From: Laetmonice hystrix
Lineage: Eukaryota
DNA: 64,000 nt
Direction: 5' to 3'
Assembly: GCA_965235115.1 (NCBI GenBank)
Contig: OZ249436.1
Coordinates: 47,308,001-47,372,000 of the forward strand
Part shown: positions 33,417 through 45,535 of the stretch, piece by piece
How the letters are laid out: each line of letters opens with the position of its first letter
Numbering within the stretch: the first letter of the stretch is position 1
The notes under the pieces: model-generated
What the model was told of the DNA's origin: nothing
Seen by the model: the letters and a program-made list of their open reading frames with translations, nothing else
Databases searched by the model: none
Made by a program: the position numbers and the translations under genes

Positions 33417-33949
33417 CTGGAACAACCAATCAAAGGGGCGCTTACAAACAACGTCATTAATCACACCAATCAACATTATGCTTCCAATCAACGGCCTCAA
33501 ACAAACGATGCTCACAACCAACGACCTCAAAAACACCAATCACTACGCCGCTAACGGCCTGAAAACACCAATCAGCACGGCCCTTACAAACAACACCCCT
33601 GGAAACCAACCAGAAGTCACGATACAATTCTGAGGAACATTTCTAAAAACTCGCAAACGGTCAGTAGGACTATTTAACTGAACTGGACGCCAAATTATGT
33701 AGTACATTACATGTATATGGTTTCTCTGCACCAACTTCGGAGGAAAACAACCTCTACCGCCACGACTATCGGGTGACCTACGCGCACGAGTCTTTCTGAG
33801 GAAACTTTCACCTCATAACACATCATAACATCATAGGTTAACTTCACTTCTCCTCAACTCTAAGGCTGGAGACACAATGATAACTACATTTCTAAAGAAA
33901 GTATCTTAACTTCAGTTACAGTTTTCCAGTGTGTCGATCTCGGCAACCT

Positions 33950-35303
33950 ATCTGTTTCTGTTACAGACATTTATTTATGCTCCTAGTCCGACTAGTGACG
34001 ACAACTTCTCTGTTTATGTTACAGACATTTATTTATGTTCCTAGTCCGACTAGTGACGACAACTTCTCTGTTTATGTTACAGACATTTATTTATGTTCCT
34101 AGTCCGACTAGTGACGACAACCTCTCTGTTTATGTTACAGACATTTATTTATGTTCCTAGTCCGACTAGTGACGACAACCTCTCTGTTTCTGTTACAGAC
34201 ATTTATTTATGCCCCTAGTCCGACTAGTGACGACAACCTCTCTGTTTATGTTACAGACATTTATTTATGCTCCTAGTCCGACTAGTGACGACAACCTCTC
34301 TGTTTCTGTTACAGACATTTATTTATGCTCCTAGTCCGACTAGTGACGACAACCTCTCTGTTTCTGTTACAGACATTTATTTATGCTCCTAGTCCGACTA
34401 GTGACGACAACCTCTCTGTTTCTGTTACAGACATTTATTTATGCCCCTCGTCCGACTAGTGACGACAACCTCTCTGTTTCTGTTACAGACATTTATTTAT
34501 GCCCCTCGTCCGACTAGTGACGACAACCTCTCTGTTTCTGTTACAGACATTTATTTATGCCCCTCGTCCGACTAGTGACGACAACCTCTCTGTTTCTGTT
34601 ACAGACATTTATTTATGCTCCTAGTCCGACTAGTGACGACAACCTCTCTGTTTCTGTTACAGACATTTATTTATGCTCCTAGTCCGACTAGTGACGACAA
34701 CCTCTCTGTTTCTCTTACAGATATTTATTTATGTTCCTAGTCCGACTAGTGACGACAACCTCTCTGTTTCTGTTACAGACATTTATTTATGTTCCTAGTC
34801 CGACTAGTGACGACAACCTCTCTGTTTCTGTTACAGACATTTATTTATGCTTCTCGTCCGACTAGTGACGACAACCTCTCTGTTTATGTTACAGACATTT
34901 ATTTATGCCCCTTGTCCGACTAGTGACGACAACCTCTCTGTTACAAACATTTATGCTCCTCGTCCGACTAGTGACGACAACCTCTCTGTTTCTGTTACAG
35001 ATATTTATTTATGCCCCTCGTCCGACTAGTGACAACAACTTCTCTGTTTATGTTACAGACATTTATTTATGCTCCTCGTCCGACTAGTGACGACAACCTC
35101 TCTGTTTCTGTTACAGACATTTATTTATGTTCCTAGTCCGACTAGTGACAACAACCTCTCTGTTTATGTTACAGACATTTATTTATGCTCCTCGTCCGAC
35201 TAGTGACGACAACCTCTCTGTTACAAACATTTATGTTCCTAGTCCGACTGGTGACGACAACCTCTCTGTTACAAACATTTATGTTCCTCGTCCGAGTAGT
35301 GAC
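33950..35303. repeat. 58-bp minisatellite (~23 copies)
   Basis: Unit TCTGTTTCTGTTACAGACATTTATTTATGCTCCTAGTCCGACTAGTGACGACAACCTC. Confidence 0.96.
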
Positions 35304-35937
35304 CCACCCTGTCCATAACAAGAATTACGACCATGTCTCACAGAGCCGAAGATTGTTTACAGCTTTCTCTCGCAATTGTCATTTCCATCGGCATTCCCAC
35401 TTGCCTGAATGTAAACTGATTGCAATGACAACAATGGCCCATGAGGACAAAGCCGCTGAGATTAGCTAGAAGCCAATCTCCCACGAGTCTATTCGATCTC
35501 TAACAGCGAACTTTTTATCTCTCCGGGAGTACTGGGCCTCAACCGTGGCTGCCGAGATCTGTTTGTAAAATCATGCTGTGCAAGTCTCCTTCCAGGGGTG
35601 TTAATACTCTACTCATTTGGTTCATCCCCAGTCGTAATTACAATTCTACCACCTGACAATCCCTTCTGTCACAAGTCGTTAATTCTGGCGAAGCCACCCC
35701 CATCAAGAGTCATAGCTTCTACATCATTCCCCGTCAAGGGGCGAGAGAGAAAAAACAGAGGAGAAACAAAATCACATGAATAACAAATGCACAAATTAGT
35801 TCTTCTACAACGATAGAAACTCAAGGCTTCTGCATGTAGCTCTCCCAGGGAGAGTAATTATAACACGTCTGAAATTACTTGTTAGAAATGATGGGATGGT
35901 TGTGTCCAATTGTGGGCGTTGGTGCCTGTATGCATTC

Positions 35938-36460
35938 AGGTAATTACCGTCCCGTCTGTAGGTAGGTAATTACCGTGCCTGTCTGTAGGTAGCTAATTAC
36001 TGTCCTGTCTGTAGGTAGGTAATTACCGTCCTGTCTGTAGGTAGGTAATTACTGTGCCTGTCTGTAGGTAGCTAATTACCGTCCTGTCTGTAGGTAGGTA
36101 ATTACTGTGCCTGTCTGTAGGTAGCTAAGTACCGTCCTGTCTGTAGGTAGGTAATTACCGTGCTTGTCTGTAGGTATGACCGTGCCTGTCTGTAGGTAGG
36201 TAATGACCGTGCCTGTCTGTAGGTAGGTAATTACCGTGCCTGTCTGTAGGTAGGTAATTACCTTGCCTGTCTGTAGGTAGGAAATTAGCGTGCCTGTCTG
36301 TAGGTAGGTAATTAGCGTGCCTGTCTGTAGGTAGGTAATTACCGTGCCTGTCTGTAGGTAGGTAATTACCTTGCATGTCTGCCTGTAGGTAATTACCGTG
36401 CCTGTCTGTAGGTAGATAATTACCGTGCCTGTCTGTAGGTATGTAATTACCGTGCCTGTA
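35938..36460. repeat. 26-27-bp minisatellite (~19 copies)
   Basis: Unit GTAATTACCGTGCCTGTCTGTAGGTAG. Confidence 0.93.
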
Positions 36461-38748
36461 ACTGCAGTAGATATCTACACATCACACTGGGAACACTCCT
36501 GTACAGACCACCGCTACAGGTCATGTGGTTTCCCGGCCGTCTACGTTCTCCATGTCTCCAAGTAAAGTTTCTGAACGCTGACGTCAAGGTCAATCGTTCA
36601 CGACTTTGTAATGGACGCGGCAAGTTTTAGTGGTCGGACACACTGCAGTGCTGCCTGAGACGGCAACAACTTAAACCACAATCACAGCCACTCCAAAGGT
36701 CAACCTTCACCGACAGCTCGCTCTCAACGCCCACCGGGCACAGATGGGAGAGGTCTAGATCGAAAACAACACGTCACCATTTCAAGGTTTTGTTTTGCAG
36801 TCCGTCATGATCTACTCCTCCATGTATTATTGCAATGTCAGGTTTTCTAACTGAATAATATAACATCCTGTATTGCAAGGCAGAATCTCAGCTGTAAGAG
36901 GTTTGTCTTCATTCCATGTGCCAATTTCCGATTGTCAATGACAGTAATATTTCTCTCGTCAGAATATATATTCCGTTTTCCCTAGTCTTCCTTTTTGTCT
37001 TCTCCGAATCTACCTACTTCCAAAACTCCCAGTATTTTAATTATTCATAAATACGTCAGTATTTCAATGACTAAATCTCAGCTTGTCTTACGGCGACCAT
37101 CCCGTTCATGGCCGGTCACGTCCCGTCGATGGCTGTTCAGGTCATACATGGTCAAATTATATCACGGATTAATATTTCTGATCACTTCCACACTATATAA
37201 GGGAGACTTTACAGTTGGTTAAAGTCATGTTGCGGCCTTAACAATCAGCCTGCCCCCCCCCCCCCCCCCCATCCTTCCGTCTACCATCACGCAAACAATT
37301 CTTATCTTCCTACGCTCACCTCGCCCGTAATCGGGTCAACAACACCAAAAACCCTTGGACGCTAATTTCAAAGAGAATTACGCAACAGGAAATTCATTAC
37401 GACGAGCGGATTGGTCTGTTTAATCTCATTGGTGCGCATCCAACCGTGACGACTAGTTACGTCAGACGCCAGCGACAAGAAACGGATACGTTCGGCAGCG
37501 TCTCACACCTCCTCAATCCACACCTCCTGGTGGCGTTTGACAGTCGTCCTTTTTTGTTTTCGTCGTCCTAAATACAATCATCCTGTGCGACGTCGATTTC
37601 TTCCTCGATTCATTAGGACAAATTTGACAGGTCCCCTTGCGGTGGTTATCTCGAGGCGTTCCGCTGCCGACTCCCACACAGGTTAACGTTTTACATGAGC
37701 TCAGTGTATCCGGTTAATGACTCCAATCATCCTCCGTAAGCCCGCCAGGGAGCGGTTAGTATTCACGGCGATTACACTTCACGGTCCTCATGGGTGATCT
37801 CCATGGAATACTAAACAAACAATTTAAAATTGCTGAATGGCTGTATTTTTGACTGTTTGACTTTGTATTGGGTGCCTATCTCTGCTTGGATATTTTCTCA
37901 GCAGTCACCACCGTGTCTGCGTGATCGTGTGAATAATCATGATTTCGGCATGGAACTGGTTGATGCTAGAAACTCGGAGAAATTAGAACCATGTTTGGAA
38001 TTCTGATTACATGGGAGAGCAGGACAAGGATTGGGGTATTGATAAACAAGTCACGTCGAGATCCCAATATCAAACTCACGACGTTAAAATGTCGATCGTC
38101 CACGTCAAGGTCATTTAATCTGGACGAATCATCTTCTCAACAAATCTATAACGTTTAATTCGTTTTATTTTATCTCTGAAGTCTCCGAGAGAGAGTAACA
38201 CTATGATCGAAATCGAATTATCAAACAGTATTCGGTCAGAGACAAAATATTATGATGTGTCTTGTATTTCCTGGCCTCGGGAAGAGTTTTACCCTTTGAA
38301 AAACTTATTTCCAACAAAAGGAAGTAAGTTTAAAGGTCAACGTTTCTCATCTCACAGAAAATGAAAGAGAATTGTTTCACTTCAAGGATTTGTGCGTGTT
38401 TCACATTGTGGATAAAAAATTGTTGGTTGTGAGTGTCAGGCCAAGATAAGGAATCCGTACTTGTTCTGGTCGGCCGATGAACTGTGTTTTGGCCGGAGGA
38501 GGAGGGGGGGACACGGACACGGACCCCCACCCTCGCCCCTGTGTGGGGCTTCCGACACGGACCCCCACCCTACCCCTGTGTGGGGCTTCTGAACGGAACC
38601 TGTCACAGATACCGGTAGGGGAAGACCCTGGAACTAACAACCGACCGCCAGGGGGCCAGACATCACGTGACCTGCCAACTCACCAATCAGATGTGACTTC
38701 TTAATCTATTCCCGGACACCTCGACGATTCCTTTAGAGGCATTCGTCT

Positions 38749-39251
38749 TTGTCAGTCTCAAACAATACATGACGACTATTGTTCATACGCACCTCGTATT
38801 GTCAGTCTCAAACCATACATAACGACTATTGTTCATACGCACCTCGTATTGTCAGTCTCAAACAATACATAACGACTATTGTTCATACGCACCTCGTAAT
38901 GTCAGTCTCAAACCATACATAACGACTATTGTTCATACGCACCTCGTATTGTCAGTCTCAAACCATACATAACGACTATTGTTCATACGCACCTCGTATT
39001 GTCAGTCTCAAACCATACATAACGACTATTGTTCATACGCACCTCGTATTGTCAGTCTCAAACCATACATGACGACTATTGTTCATACGCACCTCGTATT
39101 GTCAGTCTCAAACCATACATAACGACTATTGTTCATACGCACCTCGTATTGTCAGTCTCAAACCACACATAACGACTATTGTTCATATGCACCTCGTATT
39201 GTCAGTCTTAAACAATACATAACGACTATTGTTCATACGCACCTCGTATTG
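38749..39251. repeat. 40-bp minisatellite (~12 copies)
   Basis: Repeating block GTCAGTCTCAAACCATACATAACGACTATTGTTCATACGCACCTCGTATT; the repeat is clear but the exact period (about 50 bp by this block, about 10 copies) should be confirmed computationally. Confidence 0.85.
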
Positions 39252-40231
39252 GAAAAGTAACGCAAAGCTTTCCTTGATCAGATTTCAGTAAAATCCATAA
39301 CGGTCCTTCTCCCTGGATGAACTGAAAGTCACAGGTCAACCTCCTGACAGTTCACCACTGAAATAACCTGTCAATCGTCTCTCTCAATTCGAGTCAGTAT
39401 CACGTAGAGAACTGGCATCAACTTCTGTCAGAAATAACATGAGGTAGTTCGGGAGCCGCTCGTGTTTTATTTTAAGGACAACCGCCAGAAGATAGCATAT
39501 TTCTCTTCTTGCTGCTTTTTGATTTTGAATTGCAAAGCTCAAATATCAATCCTAAAAGTTCCACATTGAAGCTAGGATCCCAGATCAATCTGCTATTGCT
39601 GTCTACATCAGCCGTATTCTGTGTGCCGAGACAGCGGACTGTGTGACTGAATGAAATTATTTGATTTAATGCACTATAATGATAAGGATGTCAATATTTT
39701 CCGCTAATAACAGGAAGATTACATCAACCAGGACGGCATGGTTTGGAATGTTGATGACTGCTACATGACGGATTACTGAGGACGTCAATGTAAGACAGTC
39801 CTCCTTAAAGGCAATTCCAAGATTAACTTCGTTTTAACACTCATTTGTTGGAATTCTTGACATCATAAGCAATTAATATTCTATTAAACCTAATATAACG
39901 GTTTATTGTAAAAACATTCATACGAGATTAAAGAGCGCTATCTTAATCAATGCATTCATAGGATATGAAGCTAGTGCGCTACAGCTTGATGTTTTAAAAT
40001 GAATTAATGTTCTTATTTAGCTACTCTATCACGCCTACCTGACTATGACATCATGACGTACCATATTGTTCTTGGGAATGTTTTCTATCCCTGCTTGTCA
40101 ACTTGTCTCACGTTACCTCAGACTTTCTACACAACACTACTCTAGAAATATCCACAACCATTTCTTATATCTGGCCGATCTTTTATCTCAACACTCAACG
40201 AGACGATTAAGCTGTCACCAGGAGTCCTGCC

Positions 40232-40540
40232 ACACTACCCAGGACATTGTGGCAGGCTCGTAGCCGAGTGAGGTGCCACTGTCAACACTACCCAGGACAT
40301 TGCGGCAGGCTCGTAGCCGAGGGAGGTGCCACTGTCAACACTACCCAGGACATTGCGGCAGGTTCAGAGTCGAGTGAGATGAACACTACCCAGGACATTG
40401 CGGCAGGTTCAGAGTCGAGTGAGATGAACACTACCCAGGACATTGCGGCAGGTTCAGAGTCGAGTGAGATGAACACTACCCAGGACATTGTGGCAGGCTC
40501 GTAGCCGAGTGAGGTGCCACTGTCAACACTACCCAGGACC
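40232..40540. repeat. Compound ~45-52-bp repeat
   Basis: CACTACCCAGGACATTG(C/T)GGCAGG core recurs about 7 times with two alternative spacer types. Confidence 0.85.
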
Positions 40541-40744
40541 GAGCAGTGCCGCCCCACGTCATCATCACCCCACCTGACAATACGATGCCATCCCACCGAC
40601 TCAGGCCGGGTGGCCACAGGACACTCCCTCGTGGTGCTAAAAGTCATTTTGACGGCAGGTGACGCCTGCAATAAAAGGTCATCAGGTCCTGGAAGGAATA
40701 GTAACAAAGTTCGTGCCTCCTGTCTGTCACGACTCGGTTATTGT

Positions 40745-41222
40745 GCGTTCATGACTTGTGTGTTCATGACTCCATTATTCTGTGATCATGACTCCATTAT
40801 TGTGTGTTCATGACTCCATTATTGTGTGTTCATGACTCCATTATTGTGTGTTCAGGACTCAGTCACTCTGCGTTCATGACTCAGTTCATAACTGTGTTCC
40901 TCCAACCTGCCAGGCATCATAATGTGGGCGGATGTATTCCTCCAACCTGCCAGGCCCCATAATGTGGGAGACTGTGTTCCTCCAACCTGCCAGGCCCCAT
41001 AATGTGGGAGACTGTGTTCCTCCAACCTGCCAGGCCCCATAATGTAGGAGACTGTATTCCTCCAACCTGCCAGGCCCCATAATGTGGGAGACTGTGTTCC
41101 TCCAACCTGCCAGGCCCCATAATGTGGGAGACTGTGTTCCTCCAACCTGCCAGGCCCCATAATGTGGGAGACTGTGTTCCTCCAACCTGCCAGGCCCCAT
41201 AATGTGGGAGACTGTGTTCCTC
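40745..41222. repeat. Adjacent 22-bp and 40-bp minisatellites
   Basis: TGTGTTCATGACTCCATTATTG about 4-5 times, then ACTGTGTTCCTCCAACCTGCCAGGCCCCATAATGTGGGAG about 8 times. Confidence 0.9.
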
Positions 41223-41956
41223 CCACATGCGAGATTACAAACAGCGAACTTGTTATTACACAATCATAGCCCCGACTTTAAGAGAAGCCAACCGTTCTAC
41301 ACAACTGGACAAGTAAATGAGCAGGTTGCGTGTCTAGGTAACCTTCTAGGGCATTCCATGGGGACAGTCGGCTTGGGATGGAGCTGGGGCAGGAACTCGA
41401 GACGGAGATGGAGCTGGAGGTGGAGTTGGGGTGGAGCAGGGGGTGGAAGTGGAGATAGGCACGGCTTTATATGGAGTTTAAGTGGAGCTGTAAGTGGGGC
41501 AGGAGATGGAGGGAGCTGTAGGTGGAGTTGTAAGTGGAGCCGGAGATGGAGCTGTAAGTGGAGCAGGATGTGGAGCTGCGGGTGGAGCTGTAGGTGGACC
41601 GGGGATGGAGTAGGAGATGAAGCTGGAGCAAGAGGTGTAGGTGGAGTTGGAAATGGAGGGGGGACAGATCCGACTGTACCATATTCTGGCCGTCTCTCAA
41701 ACGGAGCATCCATTTTTAATGACTGCTGTTCTTGCGGCAACAAGTCAGCGCTCTGACTGGTCACCTTAATGAACGCTACCGGTGCCGCGGGGTCCACAGT
41801 CATTGATCCACGGGCCAGTCATTAAAGAACAAACCTAACCAAGCGAGGAGGGGCACGGTGAGCACCATGTAGCCAGACAATATCGGCTGAGGTCCACTAC
41901 AGCGAACACGGCGGTACTGATACCACACACTGGCGGCCAGTCCCGGTGTCAGCTCC

Positions 41957-42079
41957 CAGACTATACCCCCTTGTAAATTATACCCGGGTAGATTCTGCCA
42001 GTTCTCAGAATCTACCCAGCGGTATATTCCAGAGTATACCCCGGCTCCCAGAATCTACCACCCCCGAGGGTATAGTCTG
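41957..42079. mobile_element. Short nested inverted-repeat (MITE-like) element
   Basis: Outer inverted repeat CAGACTATACCC / GGGTATAGTCTG; inner GGGTAGATTCTG / CAGAATCTACCC. Confidence 0.45.
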
Positions 42080-42271
42080 AAAACCACGCTACTACAAATT
42101 ACTTTTGTGCATGTAGTTTTCTAAAGTTGCACTCGCCAGTGCCGTACAAAGCGGTCGGGCATTGCCTGAAACATTGTACAGCGAGCTATCAGGAACGATG
42201 TCATTTTGCAGCATCATTGACTAACGTTAGTTGTCCGTAAAGTTAAGAAGCGGGAATACTTTGTTAAATAA

Positions 42272-42887
42272 CGGCTAACACAACCAACAGGCTCTCCACA
42301 GCGGGCACCTGCCAGTCAGACACATCCCCATATCACAGACAGCAATCTAACTCGGCTAACACAACCAACAGGCTCTCCACAACGGGCAGCTGCCAGTCAG
42401 ACACATCCCCCATACCACAGACAGCAATCTAACTCGGCTAACACAACCAACAGGCTCTCCACAACGGGCACCTGTCAGTCAGACACATCCCCCATACCAC
42501 AAACAGCAATCTAACTCGGCTAACACAACCAACAGGCTCTCCACAACGGGCACCTGTCAGTCAGACACATCCCCCATACCACAGACAGCAATCTAACTCG
42601 GCTAACACAACCAACAGGCTCTCCACAACGGTCACCTGTCAGTCAGACCACAGACACCAATCTACCTCGGCTAACACAACCAACAGGCTCTCCACAACGG
42701 GCACCTGTCAGTCAGACACATCTCCCATACCACAGACAGCAATCTAACTCGGCTAACACAACCAACAGGCTCTCCACAATGGTCACCTGCCAGTCAGACC
42801 ACAGACAGCAATCTAACTCGGCTAACACAACCAACAGGCTCTCCACAACGGGCAGCTGTCAGTCAGACCACAGACACCAATCTAACT
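42272..42887. repeat. ~82-bp tandem repeat (8 copies, some shorter)
   Basis: CGGCTAACACAACCAACAGGCTCTCCACAACGGGCACCTG... recurs. Confidence 0.92.
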
Positions 42888-43218
42888 TGCCCGATAACGC
42901 CAAGACTGTATATTACCGTAAGAAAGAAAAAATGGTGAACAGAAGACTGCAGGGTCATACACAGATGTACAATAGACGTCATCAGGAGCCACGATTGGTG
43001 GGTGATATGAGTTTCTAACAGAATTCTGCTGGTACCGAGAGTGTACGTATCTCCCCCTGGCAGGGACACATGTAGACACTACCCTCCTGTATCTCCTGGT
43101 TGTGTAAAGGTTACGTACTGATCTAACGAAAGTCTAACAGAATAAACTTGGAGTATAAATAAATACTGACCTTTCTCCATCGAATAGACAAATAAACCAA
43201 GATAACATTGGAAGGATT

Positions 43219-43390
43219 GAGAGAGGGAGAGAGAGAGACAGAGAGAGAGAGAGACAGAGAGAGAGACAGCGAGAGAGAGACAGAGAGAGAGAGACAGAGA
43301 GACAGAGAGACAGAAAGAGAGACAGAGAGAGAGAGAGGCAGACAGACAGAGACAGAGACAGAGAGGCAAGCAGACAGGCAGACAGCCAGA
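43219..43390. repeat. (GA)n/(GACA)n microsatellite
   Basis: Seen directly. Confidence 0.92.
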
Positions 43391-43944
43391 AAAGATGACA
43401 GCAGTATCGAGCCAAGGTCACGGCACCAAGGCCCTGACCCCGTGAGTTTAACATTCGACGAGTGAGATAACTGAAGTATGGACACATGCTGACACGAGCT
43501 ATCCCGAACACAACACTCATTTACTCAGTCTCAGTATTCTAACATGGTAACAGACCAGACTGGGGCGCGTTCTGTGGTCTTAAATCATGTTTCAGAACGG
43601 GAAACTCTCATTTGTCACCAATTGCCAGTCAGGAATTGCTGAAAACCTCCTGTAGGGACGCGAATCAAGGATAATTAATCTAATATTCCTCTGTTTAAAG
43701 CTATCGTCATTAGTGTAATAGGTAAAAGTAACATCAACGGTTGTTTTTCGCTTTCAATTAACACACAATATAATTTGAGCTTGTCGCTGACGTAATGAGC
43801 CTCAGTAATAAAGGACATCAATTAGGAATTCGGAATGTGGTTTGTGATGTTCACCGAGTCGTTCAGAGTCGTTCAGAGTCGTTCAGACGACTGACAATTG
43901 ACCCACCCTCGCTCACACCTATTCATGTTTCCATTGACCACTCG

Positions 43945-44496
43945 GACCATAGAACTGTACTGAGACAGTTCTATGGTCGGACTGACCATAGAACTGTACT
44001 GAGACAGTTCTATGGTCAGACTGACCATAGAACTGTACTGAGACAGTTCTATGGTCGGACTGACCATAGCACTGTATTGAGACAGTTCTATGGTCGGACG
44101 GACCATAGCACTGTACTGAGACAGTTCTATGGTCGGACTGACCATAGCACTGTACTGAGACAGTTCTATGGTCGAACTGACCATAGAACTGTACTGAGAC
44201 AGTTCTATGGTCGGACTGACCATAGAACTGTACTGAGATAGTTCTAGGGTCGGACTGACCATAGAACTGTACTGAGACAGTTCTATGGTCGGACTGACCA
44301 TAGAACTGTACTGAGATAGTTCTATGGTCGGACTGACCATAGAACTGTACTGAGACAGTTCTATGGTCGGACTGACCATAGAACTGTACTGAGACAGTTC
44401 TATGGTCGGACTGACCATAGAACTGTACTGAGACAGTTCTATGGTCGGACTGACCATAGAACTGTACTGAGACAGTTCTATGGTCGGACTGACCAT
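43945..44496. repeat. 39-bp palindromic minisatellite (~14 copies)
   Basis: GACCATAGAACTGT-actgag-ACAGTTCTATGGTC-ggact; 14-bp perfect inverted arms in most units. Confidence 0.95.
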
Positions 44497-44555
44497 CGCT
44501 CTGATCCATCGACCATCTGAAGGTTGATCCCCATGGCAACTCTCCCATGGAACTG

Positions 44556-45535
44556 GGGGGTTAGGGGTCACGGCTAGAGGTCAGGGTTATGGATCAGGGG
44601 TAGGGGTCAGGGTTATGGATCAGGGCTAGGTGTCAGGGCTAGGGGCCAGGACTAGGGTCTGGGCTAGGGTCAGGGCTAGGGGTCAGGGCTAGGGATCAGG
44701 GCTAGGGGTCAGGGCTAGGGGTCAGGGCTAGGGGTCAGGGCTAGGGCTAGGGATCAGGGCTAGGGGTCAGGGTTATGGATCAGGGCTAGGGGCCAGGGCT
44801 AGGGGTCTGGGCTAGGGATCAGGGCTAGGGGTCAGGGCTAGGGACCAGGGCTAGGGGTCAGGGCTAGGGATCAGGGCTAGGGGTCAGGGCTAGGGGTCTG
44901 GGCTAGGGATCAGGGCTAGGGGTCAGGGCTAGGGATCAGGGCTAGGTGTCAGGGCTAGGGACCAGGGCTAGGGGTCAGGGCTAGGGATCAGGGCTAGGGG
45001 TCAGGGCTAGGGGTCAGGGCTAGGGATCAGGGCTAGGGGTCAGGGCTAGGGATCAGGGCTAGGGATCAGGGCTAGGGGTCTGGGCTAGGGATCAGGGCTA
45101 GGTGTCAGGGCTAGGGACCAGGGCTAGGGGTCAGGGCTAGGGACCAGGGCTAGGGGTCAGGGCTAGGGGTCAGGGCTAGGGATCAGGGCTAGGGGTCAGG
45201 GCTAGGGATCAGGGCTAGGGGTCAGGGTTATGGATCAGGGCTAGGGGCCAGGGCTAGGGGTCTGGGCTAGGGGCCAGGACTAGGGTCAGGGCTAGGGATC
45301 AGGGCTAGGGGTCAGGGCTAGGGGTCAGGGCTAGGGGCCAGGGCTAGGTGTCAGGGCTAGGTGTCAGGGCTAGGGGCCAGGGCTAGGGTCAGGGCTAGGG
45401 ATCAGGGCTAGGGGTCAGGGCTAGGGTCTGGGCTAGGGTCAGGGCTAGGGTCTGGGCTAGGGTCAGGGCTAGGGGTCAGGGCTAGGGGTCAGGGTTATGG
45501 ATCAGGGCTAGGGATCAGGGTCAAGCTTAGGGATC
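44556..45535 (+). repeat. 13-bp G-rich telomere-like array (~75 copies)
   Basis: Unit AGGGCTAGGG(G/A)TC; evenly spaced GGG runs. Confidence 0.95.

Noticed and set aside
37505..37613. Possible APBA alternative exon reading GRRKQKRTTVKRHQEVWIEE, in phase with AQLIAQ
   Set aside because: Weak donor (GTGTGA), in-frame TGA after the nearest ATG, and no similarity to the PTB sequence.
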